Shown: piece after piece, positions 29,686-38,084 of the stretch
Numbering within the stretch: the first letter of the stretch is position 1
Layout of the letters: each line of letters opens with the position of its first letter
The notes under the pieces: generated by a model
Told to the model about the DNA's origin: nothing
The model's database searches: none
What the model saw: the letters and a program-made list of their open reading frames with translations, nothing else
Assembly: GCA_947459115.1 (NCBI GenBank)
Contig: CANHCC010000003.1
Span: 1 to 38,084, forward strand
Direction: 5' to 3'
Source: Bacteroidota bacterium
GTDB lineage: Bacteria > Bacteroidota > Bacteroidia > J057 > RFSG01
DNA: 38,084 bases
Translations under genes and position numbers: made by a program

Positions 29686-30480
29686 ATGGCCCCCGTTAAA
29701 TGGTTTCTTCCCCTAATTGCCGGCGCCACTCTTTTACTCCCCGGATGTTATTCAATCCGGAAAAACGAGAAAAATATACCTGTTTACAAACGAAAAGAAG
29801 CACTTCCTGCTTACACGGAGAAAACGCAGGCCGTTGAAATCGTCGATACAGAATCGCCCAAACCAGTAGAATCCTCCCCTACGCCCTCCACCACCTCCTC
29901 AACGGAAATGAATGCGACGGAAAGTACCGCCACTTCAGCAGAAACATCTGCACAACCTACCCAAGAACGCATTCACCGTATGGTACATGAATCCAAAATG
30001 GAAATCATCGCTTCGGGCATGAGTGCGGAATATGTAGAAGCCCATTTTAAAGTTGTTGAAATGATAGACGAAGAGACCGAGAAAAAAGTGATCTGGCGTT
30101 ATCAAATTGGGGAATATCAAATTGAAATTATTGACCTGGTGAATTGGAATATGGATGCGCAGGGCAACATCCAATATACCCACAACATTCGTCAGGAGTG
30201 GGGCACAACCAGAAACATTGAGACTGTCATTTCCTCAGCAGAGGCCGATCAAGCGATGCGCAATTGCATTGGAGATTACGAAGGAGCCGTTTTAAAATAC
30301 ACCGCACTTGAACTACCTGGCTCTGCCTCTCCCTGGCTAATAGCCAAAAGCACCAAGCCTGCACCGGGTGGTTCTCCCGAGGACAAAATTTTCCTGCAAG
30401 GATATATCAATTTAGAAACCGGTGCCTGTCACAAAGAAATCGCAGGAGTCATCCATACACCGTTAGATGACAGAAAGTAA
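29686..30480 (+). CDS. Hypothetical lipoprotein with Ser/Thr-rich linker
   Basis: Lipobox LLPGC and low-complexity S/T/E linker. Start could be 29644. Confidence 0.7.
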   Translation: MAPVKWFLPLIAGATLLLPGCYSIRKNEKNIPVYKRKEALPAYTEKTQAVEIVDTESPKPVESSPTPSTTSSTEMNATESTATSAETSAQPTQERIHRMVHESKMEIIASGMSAEYVEAHFKVVEMIDEETEKKVIWRYQIGEYQIEIIDLVNWNMDAQGNIQYTHNIRQEWGTTRNIETVISSAEADQAMRNCIGDYEGAVLKYTALELPGSASPWLIAKSTKPAPGGSPEDKIFLQGYINLETGACHKEIAGVIHTPLDDRK

Positions 30481-30510
30481 AAATTGATTTTCCGATACCC
30501 AATGAAACCT

Positions 30511-30547
30511 AAAAAAAAGCCCTCAAAATGAGGGCTTTCTTTTTTTT
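30511..30547. terminator. Bidirectional intrinsic terminator
   Basis: A8-GCCCTCA-AAA-TGAGGGC followed by a T-run, between convergent genes. Confidence 0.88.
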
Positions 30548-30566
30548 AAATTATGCTGCTGTGTTT

Positions 30567-31079
30567 TTAAAAATCATAGAGGATAACTTTCTTCATATCC
30601 ACATTTTCCGGAGGAAGATTGTTTAGTTTCAGCTGAACCTGCTCTACAGGGAAACAAAAACAACATTTATTTTGATCCATGGCCTGCCCGGAAGAAATTC
30701 GATTAACCTTTAGAATGGTAATCGTATCCTTCAGGTTAAATTCTGCATTAGTTATGACATAACGGGTCATAGGATTAGGGAGAAGCAAGGCTTTGCAAGA
30801 ATCCGCCAGACCATAAGAGTATAACCACTTACCGGTATCCGTCAAGCTGCTTATGGAGTAACCGGATATCTGAGTTCCCACATGAAAAGCGGAATCACAA
30901 TATTTTTTGGCAGTATCCACATACTCGATTACCACATGATTTTTGGGGCAATCCGGACACACTTTATCCTTACATACATCCTTGGTACAGGATGGAAGGA
31001 TAAAAAATCCGAGAACAAAAATTAAGAGCAGAGAGGGCTGAGTGAATTTTCCTGACCAGACAGAGAGGTTTGTTTTCAT
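30567..31079 (-). CDS. Cys-rich hypothetical lipoprotein
   Basis: Hydrophobic stretch plus lipobox LPSC; multiple cysteines (CPDC, CCFC). Confidence 0.7.
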   Translation of the reverse strand: MKTNLSVWSGKFTQPSLLLIFVLGFFILPSCTKDVCKDKVCPDCPKNHVVIEYVDTAKKYCDSAFHVGTQISGYSISSLTDTGKWLYSYGLADSCKALLLPNPMTRYVITNAEFNLKDTITILKVNRISSGQAMDQNKCCFCFPVEQVQLKLNNLPPENVDMKKVILYDF

Positions 31080-31098
31080 GTGTAAGGGGATTGATAAA

Positions 31099-31656
31099 TC
31101 AGGAACGAATATCTTTAAGTTTTGAAACCGGAAGATTCAGGAGTTCAAAATCTGGATAATCCTCCATTAAAATTCTAAATTTTTCCAAATAGGTGCCTGT
31201 AGAATTTTTATTCTTTGTAACAAAAGAGGTAATTTTTTGAAAGTACTCCCGAATGGAGGGATGCGCCTTATCTACAATCAGACCCTGAATTTTATCCATT
31301 TCAAATTCTTTCTCATTGGCGAAATAGGTAATCAAAAGGGGCTTCATCTTTTTCTTTTCTTCATCCTCAAAGGCGGAATTACAAAAAGCTTTGATAACAT
31401 CAAATAAAACCGTTCTGTGATTGGTGTTTTTGAAAAAAAGGCTCAGCTCCATCCAGAAGATGTAAGGGATATAAACGCCACCGGCAACATCCATAACCTG
31501 GTTTCGAAACATGCGATAGTCATCTTCGCCTTTATTTTTCATATCCAGGCACAAGGATTTTAAATCCGCCAATACCTGATCCCGATTTTCGTCTAGATCC
31601 GCACCGGCCTTTTCTTCTATCCGGGTAATCAATTGATTTATTTCTGCAACTGTCAT
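31099..31656 (-). CDS. Hypothetical helical protein
   Basis: 185-aa ORF; a TAAATTTG -7 element lies upstream at 31687-31694. Confidence 0.7.
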   Translation of the reverse strand: MTVAEINQLITRIEEKAGADLDENRDQVLADLKSLCLDMKNKGEDDYRMFRNQVMDVAGGVYIPYIFWMELSLFFKNTNHRTVLFDVIKAFCNSAFEDEEKKKMKPLLITYFANEKEFEMDKIQGLIVDKAHPSIREYFQKITSFVTKNKNSTGTYLEKFRILMEDYPDFELLNLPVSKLKDIRS

Positions 31657-31808
31657 GAAATACTAATTCTATTATGATTCAAATGGCAAATTTAATACAA
31701 ATTCAGGACTCTTTCAGGCATAAAAGTAGCAGTTCATATGGATTTTGAAACAGAATATTAAGTATTTTTAAGCCCTGAAAGCTAAAATAGAGAGCCGAGA
31801 ACAGGATT

Positions 31809-33551
31809 ATGAGCGAAAACGTATCCAAAATCAGCATCGACGGGAAAGAATTTGAATTTGTTTCTTCCGGTCCGGACAAGGAAAAAAGAAAGTTGTTGCA
31901 GTTTGCACTGGACAACGGTGTAGATATTCCATATTTCTGCTACCACGAGGGTATGTCCATCCCCACTAATTGTCGTATGTGCCTGATAGAACTCGGGAAT
32001 CCCGTCATAGATCGGGGAACGGGTCAGGCAGTATTAGAAGAAGATGGCAGCCCTAAGATTGGCTGGATGCATAAACCTATGACTTCCTGCAATCTGGATT
32101 TAAGCCCGGGTATGGTGATTAAAACGCAGAAAACTTCCCCAAAAATCAAAAAAGCTCAGGAAGGCGTTTTGGAATTTATGCTCATCAATCACCCTCTGGA
32201 TTGTCCGATTTGCGATCAAGCCGGTGAGTGCCCACTTCAGATCAACACGTATAAGTTTGGTCCCGAGGGTTCGAGATATGAACTGAGCAAAGTTCATAAG
32301 CCCAAGCGTATTGAACTGGGCCCTCATGTTACGCTGGATGCGGAAAGATGTATTAACTGCACGCGTTGTACCCGATTCACAGAAGAAATCTCCAAAACGG
32401 ATCAATTAACCATTATCTCCCGAGGAGACAAAAACCATCCGGCAGTTGCGCCTGGAAAAACATTCGATGATGCCTACTCCATGAATGTGATAGATCTTTG
32501 TCCGGTAGGTGCATTAACCAGTACTGATTTCCGTTTTAAAGCGCGTGTATGGGAAATGAATTATACGCCTACCCTTTGTACTGGTTGCGCTAAAGGATGT
32601 AGTGTGAATGTTTGGGTTAAAGACAATCAGGTCCTTCGTCAAACCCCAAGAGAGAATCGTAAGATTAACGATTGGTGGATGTGCGATGAAGGCAGATTAG
32701 ACATTGACAAATTGAATCATAACCGTACTTCCGGGATAAAACTCAAAGGGGATGTTCCGGTTACATTTGAAGCGGGCATTCAAAAAGCAGCAGACTTACT
32801 TGCCCAGGCCAATAAATCCAAAGTGCTATTTGCAGGGTCTCCCTATGCCTCTCTCGAGTCGAATTATGCAATTGCTAAACTCGCAAGAGAATATAATAAC
32901 AGTACCGTTGTCTTCACCGGTCACACACAGACTGGGTGGGGAGATGATCTTTTGAAAAAGGATGATCGTACCCCCAATCGCAAAGCTTGTGAATTATTGG
33001 GTTTTACAGAAGTAAGTGCAGAAGAATTCAGCAATATGGCTGCTCAGGCCGATTTGGTTTACATGTTGGAAAATGACCGCTTGCTGGATTCAATAGAAAT
33101 TTCAGAAAACACACGCATCATTGCCCATGCCACCCGTCATGGCAAAAATTCTGACAAATGCACGATGATTCTTCCTGCAGCCACTCACCTGGAGGCAGCT
33201 GGTACATTCATCAACGAAGGCAATATCGCACAGCTAACCCGCCAGGCGAAAGAAATCCGTCAAATGAGCCCTGAAATGTGGATGAGTATGTCCAAAAGCA
33301 GATCTGATAAAGGAGCGGTTTTGATGGATAACTGGAAACATGCGGACCATATTTTAGATTGCCTTGCTTCCTATTCTATCATAAGTAGAATTTCCAAAAA
33401 AGCCGGCGTCCCTGCCTTACCAGAAAGTCATAAAGAGTTGTTTGCTCAACTTAAACAACAATACCCTGAATTATTATCAGACTTAAAATTATCCGCTTTT
33501 GTTCCGAAAGAGGCATTCAAAATGAATCAGTTTGATTTTGCCATAGGATAA
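31809..33551 (+). CDS. nuoG: NADH-quinone oxidoreductase subunit G-like (2Fe-2S/4Fe-4S)
   Basis: IPYFCYH, NCRMCLIE, NHPLDCPICDQAGECPLQ, RCINCTRCTRF, DLCPVGAL and CTGCAKGC...CDEGR. Confidence 0.9.
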   Translation: MSENVSKISIDGKEFEFVSSGPDKEKRKLLQFALDNGVDIPYFCYHEGMSIPTNCRMCLIELGNPVIDRGTGQAVLEEDGSPKIGWMHKPMTSCNLDLSPGMVIKTQKTSPKIKKAQEGVLEFMLINHPLDCPICDQAGECPLQINTYKFGPEGSRYELSKVHKPKRIELGPHVTLDAERCINCTRCTRFTEEISKTDQLTIISRGDKNHPAVAPGKTFDDAYSMNVIDLCPVGALTSTDFRFKARVWEMNYTPTLCTGCAKGCSVNVWVKDNQVLRQTPRENRKINDWWMCDEGRLDIDKLNHNRTSGIKLKGDVPVTFEAGIQKAADLLAQANKSKVLFAGSPYASLESNYAIAKLAREYNNSTVVFTGHTQTGWGDDLLKKDDRTPNRKACELLGFTEVSAEEFSNMAAQADLVYMLENDRLLDSIEISENTRIIAHATRHGKNSDKCTMILPAATHLEAAGTFINEGNIAQLTRQAKEIRQMSPEMWMSMSKSRSDKGAVLMDNWKHADHILDCLASYSIISRISKKAGVPALPESHKELFAQLKQQYPELLSDLKLSAFVPKEAFKMNQFDFAIG

Positions 33552-33571
33552 AATCCTGTCGTCATAAGTTC

Positions 33572-33609
33572 AATAAAAAAAGCAACTCATCCGGGTTGCT
33601 TTTTTTATT
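33572..33609 (+). terminator. Intrinsic terminator after nuoG
   Basis: AATAAAAAAAGCAACTC-ATCC-GGGTTGCTTTTTTTATT. Confidence 0.88.
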
Positions 33610-33613
33610 TATG

Positions 33614-33711
33614 GCTTGGTGCAAGCCCCCGCTTGGTGCAAGCCTCTGCTTGGTGCAAGCCTCTGCTTGGTGCAAGCACCCGCTTGGTGCAAGCACCCGC
33701 TTGGTGCAAGC
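33614..33711. repeat. Distal tandem array of 6 GCTTGGTGCAAGC hairpins (17-bp period)
   Basis: Units start at 33614, 33631, 33648, 33665, 33682 and 33699; spacers are CCCC, CTCT, CTCT, ACCC and ACCC. Confidence 0.95.
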
Positions 33712-33747
33712 AAAAAGAAACGCCGATTGATATAATCAACCGGCGTT
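33712..33747 (-). terminator. Intrinsic terminator of the atp operon
   Basis: Minus strand AACGCCGGTTGAT-TAT-ATCAATCGGCGTT followed by TCTTTTT. Confidence 0.8.
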
Positions 33748-33768
33748 CGCTTGTGTGTGTATTAAATA

Positions 33769-34662
33769 TTAATTAGACTCCAGAGCATTGGCTCCACCCA
33801 CAATTTCCAAAAGTTCTTTGGTAATGGCAGCCTGACGCGCAGTGTTGTAGTATAATTTTAACTTACCCAATAATTCATTCGCATTCTCGGTTGCTTTATC
33901 CATCGCCGTCATTCTCGCCCCGTGCTCAGCTGCATTGGACTCAAGAACAGCTTTAAACAATTGAATCTTAATACTCTTAGGTAACAAATCCGACAAAATC
34001 TCTTCACGACCGGGCTCAAAGATATAATCCACGGATGAAGTTTTACCGCCTCCTGTTTGCTCCGGCATACTGATCGGCAATACCACTTCATTTACTCTTC
34101 TCTGAGTTGCGACATTCTTGAATTCATTGAATACCACTTCTACCCTATCCCACTCCTTCTGAACAAAACCGCTAATCACGCGGTCGGCAACTTCATTCAC
34201 CCGATCAAAACTCAATTGAGAAAACAAATCGGTGTTTTTGTTGTCGAGAATATTGAACTTCCTTTTGTTGAAGAATTCGAAACCGTATTTTCCAATACAC
34301 AGCAGGCTTACATTACCAGCTTTATACTGTTCAGAATATTTCTCTTGAATCAACTGAACCGTACCTTTATTGACATTCGCGTTAAAAGCACCACAAAGCC
34401 CTTTATTGGAGGTTACTACCACAATCAATACTTTATCCAGACTTCTGTTTTCTGTGAGAGGAGATAAAGCTTCCGCCTCAGAGGAATTTCCCTGAAGGTT
34501 GTCAATCAAATCCCTCAGCTTTCCTGCGTAAGGTCTCAGCATAATGATATTATCCTGAGCTCTTCTAAGCTTAGCCGCAGAAACCATTTTCATGGCCTTG
34601 GTAATCTGCTGCGTACTTTTAACGCTCTTGATACGATTGCGTATTTCTTTCAGGTTTGCCAT
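33769..34662 (-). CDS. atpG: ATP synthase F1 gamma subunit
   Basis: QQITKAMKMVSAAK, KGLCGAFN, ARMTAMD and RQAAITKEL. Confidence 0.99.
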   Translation of the reverse strand: MANLKEIRNRIKSVKSTQQITKAMKMVSAAKLRRAQDNIIMLRPYAGKLRDLIDNLQGNSSEAEALSPLTENRSLDKVLIVVVTSNKGLCGAFNANVNKGTVQLIQEKYSEQYKAGNVSLLCIGKYGFEFFNKRKFNILDNKNTDLFSQLSFDRVNEVADRVISGFVQKEWDRVEVVFNEFKNVATQRRVNEVVLPISMPEQTGGGKTSSVDYIFEPGREEILSDLLPKSIKIQLFKAVLESNAAEHGARMTAMDKATENANELLGKLKLYYNTARQAAITKELLEIVGGANALESN

Positions 34663-34681
34663 TTCGTCAAGTATTTCCTAA

Positions 34682-36262
34682 TCAGGCTTTATAAAGAGAG
34701 GAAACTTCGGCAGCCACCTGGCGGAGATTTTTCTCCACCTCATCTGTAAGCTTTCCATCCTTAATATCAGCCAAAGTCTGAGCGTATTTATTTTTCAAAA
34801 GATCCAGATAATTTCTTTCGAACTCTTTTACCTTGTCAACCGGCACATCATCAATCAGACCTTTAGTAGAAGCATAAATCACAGCAACTTGTTCTTCTAC
34901 GGACATAGGCACATATTGGGCCTGCTTTAATACTTCCACATTGCGTTTACCTCTTTCAAGTTGGCGCTTGGTGGTTGCGTCCAAGTCTGATCCGAATTTA
35001 GCGAAAGCTTCCAGCTCGCGATACTGAGCCAAATCCAGCTTCAGGGTACCAGCTACCTTTTTCATGGATTTAATCTGAGCAGATCCACCCACACGAGATA
35101 CCGAAATACCCACATTGATAGCAGGTCTTACACCGGAGTTAAACAATGCGGACTCCAGGAATATCTGACCATCTGTGATAGAAATAACATTGGTCGGAAT
35201 GTAGGCAGAAACGTCCCCTGCCTGAGTTTCAATAATCGGAAGAGCTGTTAAAGAACCTCCGCCTTTAATAATGGGACGGAAAGACTCCGGAAGGTCGTTC
35301 ATATTGGCAGCGATGCTATCATTGCTGATAATTTTAGCTGCTCTTTCCAACAAACGAGAGTGAAGGTAGAATACATCCCCGGGATAAGCTTCCCTTCCTG
35401 GAGGACGACGCAACAAGAGAGAGACCTCACGGTAAGCAACTGCTTGCTTAGAAAGATCATCATATACGATAAGCGCATGACGACCTGTATCTCTAAAGAA
35501 TTCGCCGATAGCAGCACCGGCGAAGGGCGCATAAAACTGATTTGGTGCCGGATCTGAGGCAGGAGCGGAGACCACAATGGTATATTCCATTGCCCCATTT
35601 TGCTCCAGCGTTTTCACGATTTGTGCAACCGTAGAAGCCTTCTGACCGCAGGCAACATAAATACAATATACAGGCTTCCCATTTTTAAAGCCTTCTTTCT
35701 GATTGATGATTGTATCAATAGCAACGGCTGTTTTACCTGTCTGACGATCACCGATAATTAATTCTCTCTGACCACGACCAATTGGAATCATGGCATCCAC
35801 TGCCTTCAAACCCGTTTGAAGTGGTTCATTAACCGGCTGACGGAAAATTACCCCCGGCGCTTTTCTTTCGATTGGTGCCTCATATAACTGACCTTGAAGC
35901 GGACCTTTTCCATCAATGGGTTCACCAAGTGGATTAATAACACGACCAAGCATCCCCTCTCCCACTTTAATGGAAGCAATCTGCCGGGTTCTTTTTACAG
36001 ACTCCCCTTCTTTGATGCCTTCGGAAACCCCAAGGATTACCGCACCGACATTATCTTCTTCCAGGTTAAGGACAATCCCTTTGAGTCCGTTTCTGAACTC
36101 AATCAACTCCCCGGATTGTACGCCTGTCATGCCGTAAATACGGGCAATACCATCACCAACCTGAAGAACAGTACCTACCTCTTCCAAATCCGCACCTGAA
36201 CGGAAGCCGGAGAGCTGCTCCTTTAATATTGCTGAAACTTCATCTGGTCTGACCTGTGCCAT
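34682..36262 (-). CDS. atpA: ATP synthase F1 alpha subunit
   Basis: [14 protein letters not shown] and [21 protein letters not shown]. Confidence 0.99.
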   Translation of the reverse strand: MAQVRPDEVSAILKEQLSGFRSGADLEEVGTVLQVGDGIARIYGMTGVQSGELIEFRNGLKGIVLNLEEDNVGAVILGVSEGIKEGESVKRTRQIASIKVGEGMLGRVINPLGEPIDGKGPLQGQLYEAPIERKAPGVIFRQPVNEPLQTGLKAVDAMIPIGRGQRELIIGDRQTGKTAVAIDTIINQKEGFKNGKPVYCIYVACGQKASTVAQIVKTLEQNGAMEYTIVVSAPASDPAPNQFYAPFAGAAIGEFFRDTGRHALIVYDDLSKQAVAYREVSLLLRRPPGREAYPGDVFYLHSRLLERAAKIISNDSIAANMNDLPESFRPIIKGGGSLTALPIIETQAGDVSAYIPTNVISITDGQIFLESALFNSGVRPAINVGISVSRVGGSAQIKSMKKVAGTLKLDLAQYRELEAFAKFGSDLDATTKRQLERGKRNVEVLKQAQYVPMSVEEQVAVIYASTKGLIDDVPVDKVKEFERNYLDLLKNKYAQTLADIKDGKLTDEVEKNLRQVAAEVSSLYKA

Positions 36263-36267
36263 GTTCT

Positions 36268-36843
36268 TTAATTTTTAATATATGGATTACTGTTGAATTG
36301 CTGACTTAATCTTCTCAGAGACTCTGAGAAACTTTGATCGTATTGTAAATCTCCCGCTTTCAGAATAAATCCCCCTATTAAAGTAGGATCTATTTTTTCC
36401 ACCAAAGAGATGGTTGTATTGGATTTACCCGCCTGACGGGCGAGAAGTTCCTGGATTTTAGTTAACAAGGAAGACCGAGTTGCTTCTGAAACCGGCCCGG
36501 CTGTAATAACCTGTACTTCGGTAATATTGTGCAGACGACGATACAACTGAATGTACTCTTCACCTATAGTGGCTAAAACTGAAGAACGATTTTTATGGGT
36601 AATCAGAGCAAAGGCTTCCATTACCAATGGATTCATTTTGTCTTGGAAGAGGGATTGTAAAATTTGCTTCTTCTTATCACCTTGAATCAAAGGACTGCGC
36701 AGCATCAGAACGAATTCCCGATTTTCCATACATACCGAACGGAAAAGCTCCATGTCGTCCAACACCTGCTTATCAATGCCTTTCTGGATAGCCAAATCCA
36801 TGATGGCTTTAGCATACCTTTGGCCGATTCTTTCTGCTACCAT
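36268..36843 (-). CDS. atpH: ATP synthase F1 delta subunit
   Basis: RYAKA and [16 protein letters not shown]; position in the operon. Confidence 0.96.
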   Translation of the reverse strand: MVAERIGQRYAKAIMDLAIQKGIDKQVLDDMELFRSVCMENREFVLMLRSPLIQGDKKKQILQSLFQDKMNPLVMEAFALITHKNRSSVLATIGEEYIQLYRRLHNITEVQVITAGPVSEATRSSLLTKIQELLARQAGKSNTTISLVEKIDPTLIGGFILKAGDLQYDQSFSESLRRLSQQFNSNPYIKN

Positions 36844-36844
36844 A

Positions 36845-37339
36845 TCAGTTAAATTGAATATCTCCGATTAACCGCTTCACAGTGGCTTCCTGCTCGGCTG
36901 CATCCGCCATTTTTTGCTTGAGTATTTTCTCTGCAATTTCTATAGACATACGACCGACTTCATTTTTTAATTCTGTAATCGCTGCCATCTTCTCAGATTC
37001 AATTTGTTTTCTGGCATTTTCCAGTGCACGAGCGGTTTCTGACCCGGCAGATTCTCTGGCTTCAGCCAAAATTTTCTCTTTTAAATCCCTTGCCTCTTTC
37101 AAGATTAAATCTCTTTCTTTGCGGGCCTCATTCAGCAATTTCTGATTATCCGCCTGAAGTTTAGACATTTCATCTCTGGCTTTTTCAGCAGCCTGCAATG
37201 AAGCTTCTATAGAAGACTCTCTTTCTTGAATAGCTTTCAAAATAGCAGTCCATGCAAATTTTCTTAAAATCAGGAACAGGATCAGGAAAAGAACCAGTGC
37301 CCAAAAAAACAAACCGAAATTAGGTAATACAAACTCCAT
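36845..37339 (-). CDS. atpF: ATP synthase F0 subunit b
   Basis: PNFGLFFW TM, KFAW..I, long coiled coil and IAEKIL. Confidence 0.97.
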   Translation of the reverse strand: MEFVLPNFGLFFWALVLFLILFLILRKFAWTAILKAIQERESSIEASLQAAEKARDEMSKLQADNQKLLNEARKERDLILKEARDLKEKILAEARESAGSETARALENARKQIESEKMAAITELKNEVGRMSIEIAEKILKQKMADAAEQEATVKRLIGDIQFN

Positions 37340-37392
37340 AATTTATTAAGTGTCTTAACTTACTACTGTGTTGAATCTATGTGTCAGATAAA

Positions 37393-37445
37393 CTCTGGTG
37401 TTCTCCGGTCCTGAGCCAATCGCCCGGAACCGGAGAATTTCAGAG
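37393..37445 (-). promoter_or_regulatory. Long stem-loop immediately after atpE (mRNA stability/partial termination element)
   Basis: CTCTG..TTCTCCGGT-TCCGGGC-GATTG-GCTCAGG-ACCGGAGAA..CAGAG; no clear U-tract directly after it. Confidence 0.6.
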
Positions 37446-37448
37446 GAA

Positions 37449-37709
<261 letters not shown>

Positions 37710-38084
37710 TTAATGATGTGCGTGAGCCTCTGCCTCGTGATGGTCATGTGAATGATCTTCCATCGCCTGACCAATGAATACAGCGGTTAACAAAGTAAAT
37801 ACATATGCCTGAACTGCTGCTACGAGCACTTCAAGACAAAAGACGAAAATACCAAAGGCAACCGTTAAAGGTGCGATGCCCAGCCCTGCACCAATACTAC
37901 TGCCCCCTTTGCCAAGAATAAAGATTAACCCAATAAGCGCCAGGATCATCAAGTGACCTGCTGCAATATTGGCAAATAAACGCACGGTCAAGGCAAAAGG
38001 CTTGGTAAACATACCCACCAGCTCCACCGGTAACATGAGGAACTTTACAGGCAAGGGCACGCCAGGGAACCAAAAGATATGCCC
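37710..38084 (-). CDS. atpB: ATP synthase F0 subunit a (5' end outside the window)
   Basis: KPFALTVRLFANI.AGH, QAYVFTLLT and a His-rich tail; the frame is open to the window edge. Confidence 0.96.
   Translation of the reverse strand, partial: GHIFWFPGVPLPVKFLMLPVELVGMFTKPFALTVRLFANIAAGHLMILALIGLIFILGKGGSSIGAGLGIAPLTVAFGIFVFCLEVLVAAVQAYVFTLLTAVFIGQAMEDHSHDHHEAEAHAHH

Overview
A 38-kb chromosomal segment from a Bacteroidota bacterium, judged from TAnnTTTG promoter elements, T9SS CTD proteins, a PorV-like gene and a split atp operon. Housekeeping genes are groES-groEL, greA, HIT, mrp/apbC-nfu, a stand-alone nuoG and atpB'-E-F-H-A-G. Three less ordinary features stand out. (1) Two unrelated HUH/Y1 REP-associated tyrosine transposases (RAYTs) and three families of tandem short-hairpin repeats. 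GCTTGGTGCAAGC 17-bp arrays flank RAYT1 and recur 33 kb away. A GTAG-type 28-bp REP lies both inside and downstream of RAYT2, wrapped in 6/9/18-bp microsatellites. An orphan G-rich GGTAAGTAACTTACC array sits between divergent promoters. (2) A tight three-gene envelope operon with no SusD: a TonB-dependent receptor-like protein, a 1287-aa T9SS-CTD protein and a PorV/PorQ-family barrel. (3) A cluster of an uncharacterised lipoprotein, an M23/LysM peptidase, an APC permease and a beta-lactamase-like lipoprotein, possibly a cell-wall editing module. No CRISPR, rRNA or tRNA was recognised. All family calls come from motif recognition by eye, with no database searches.
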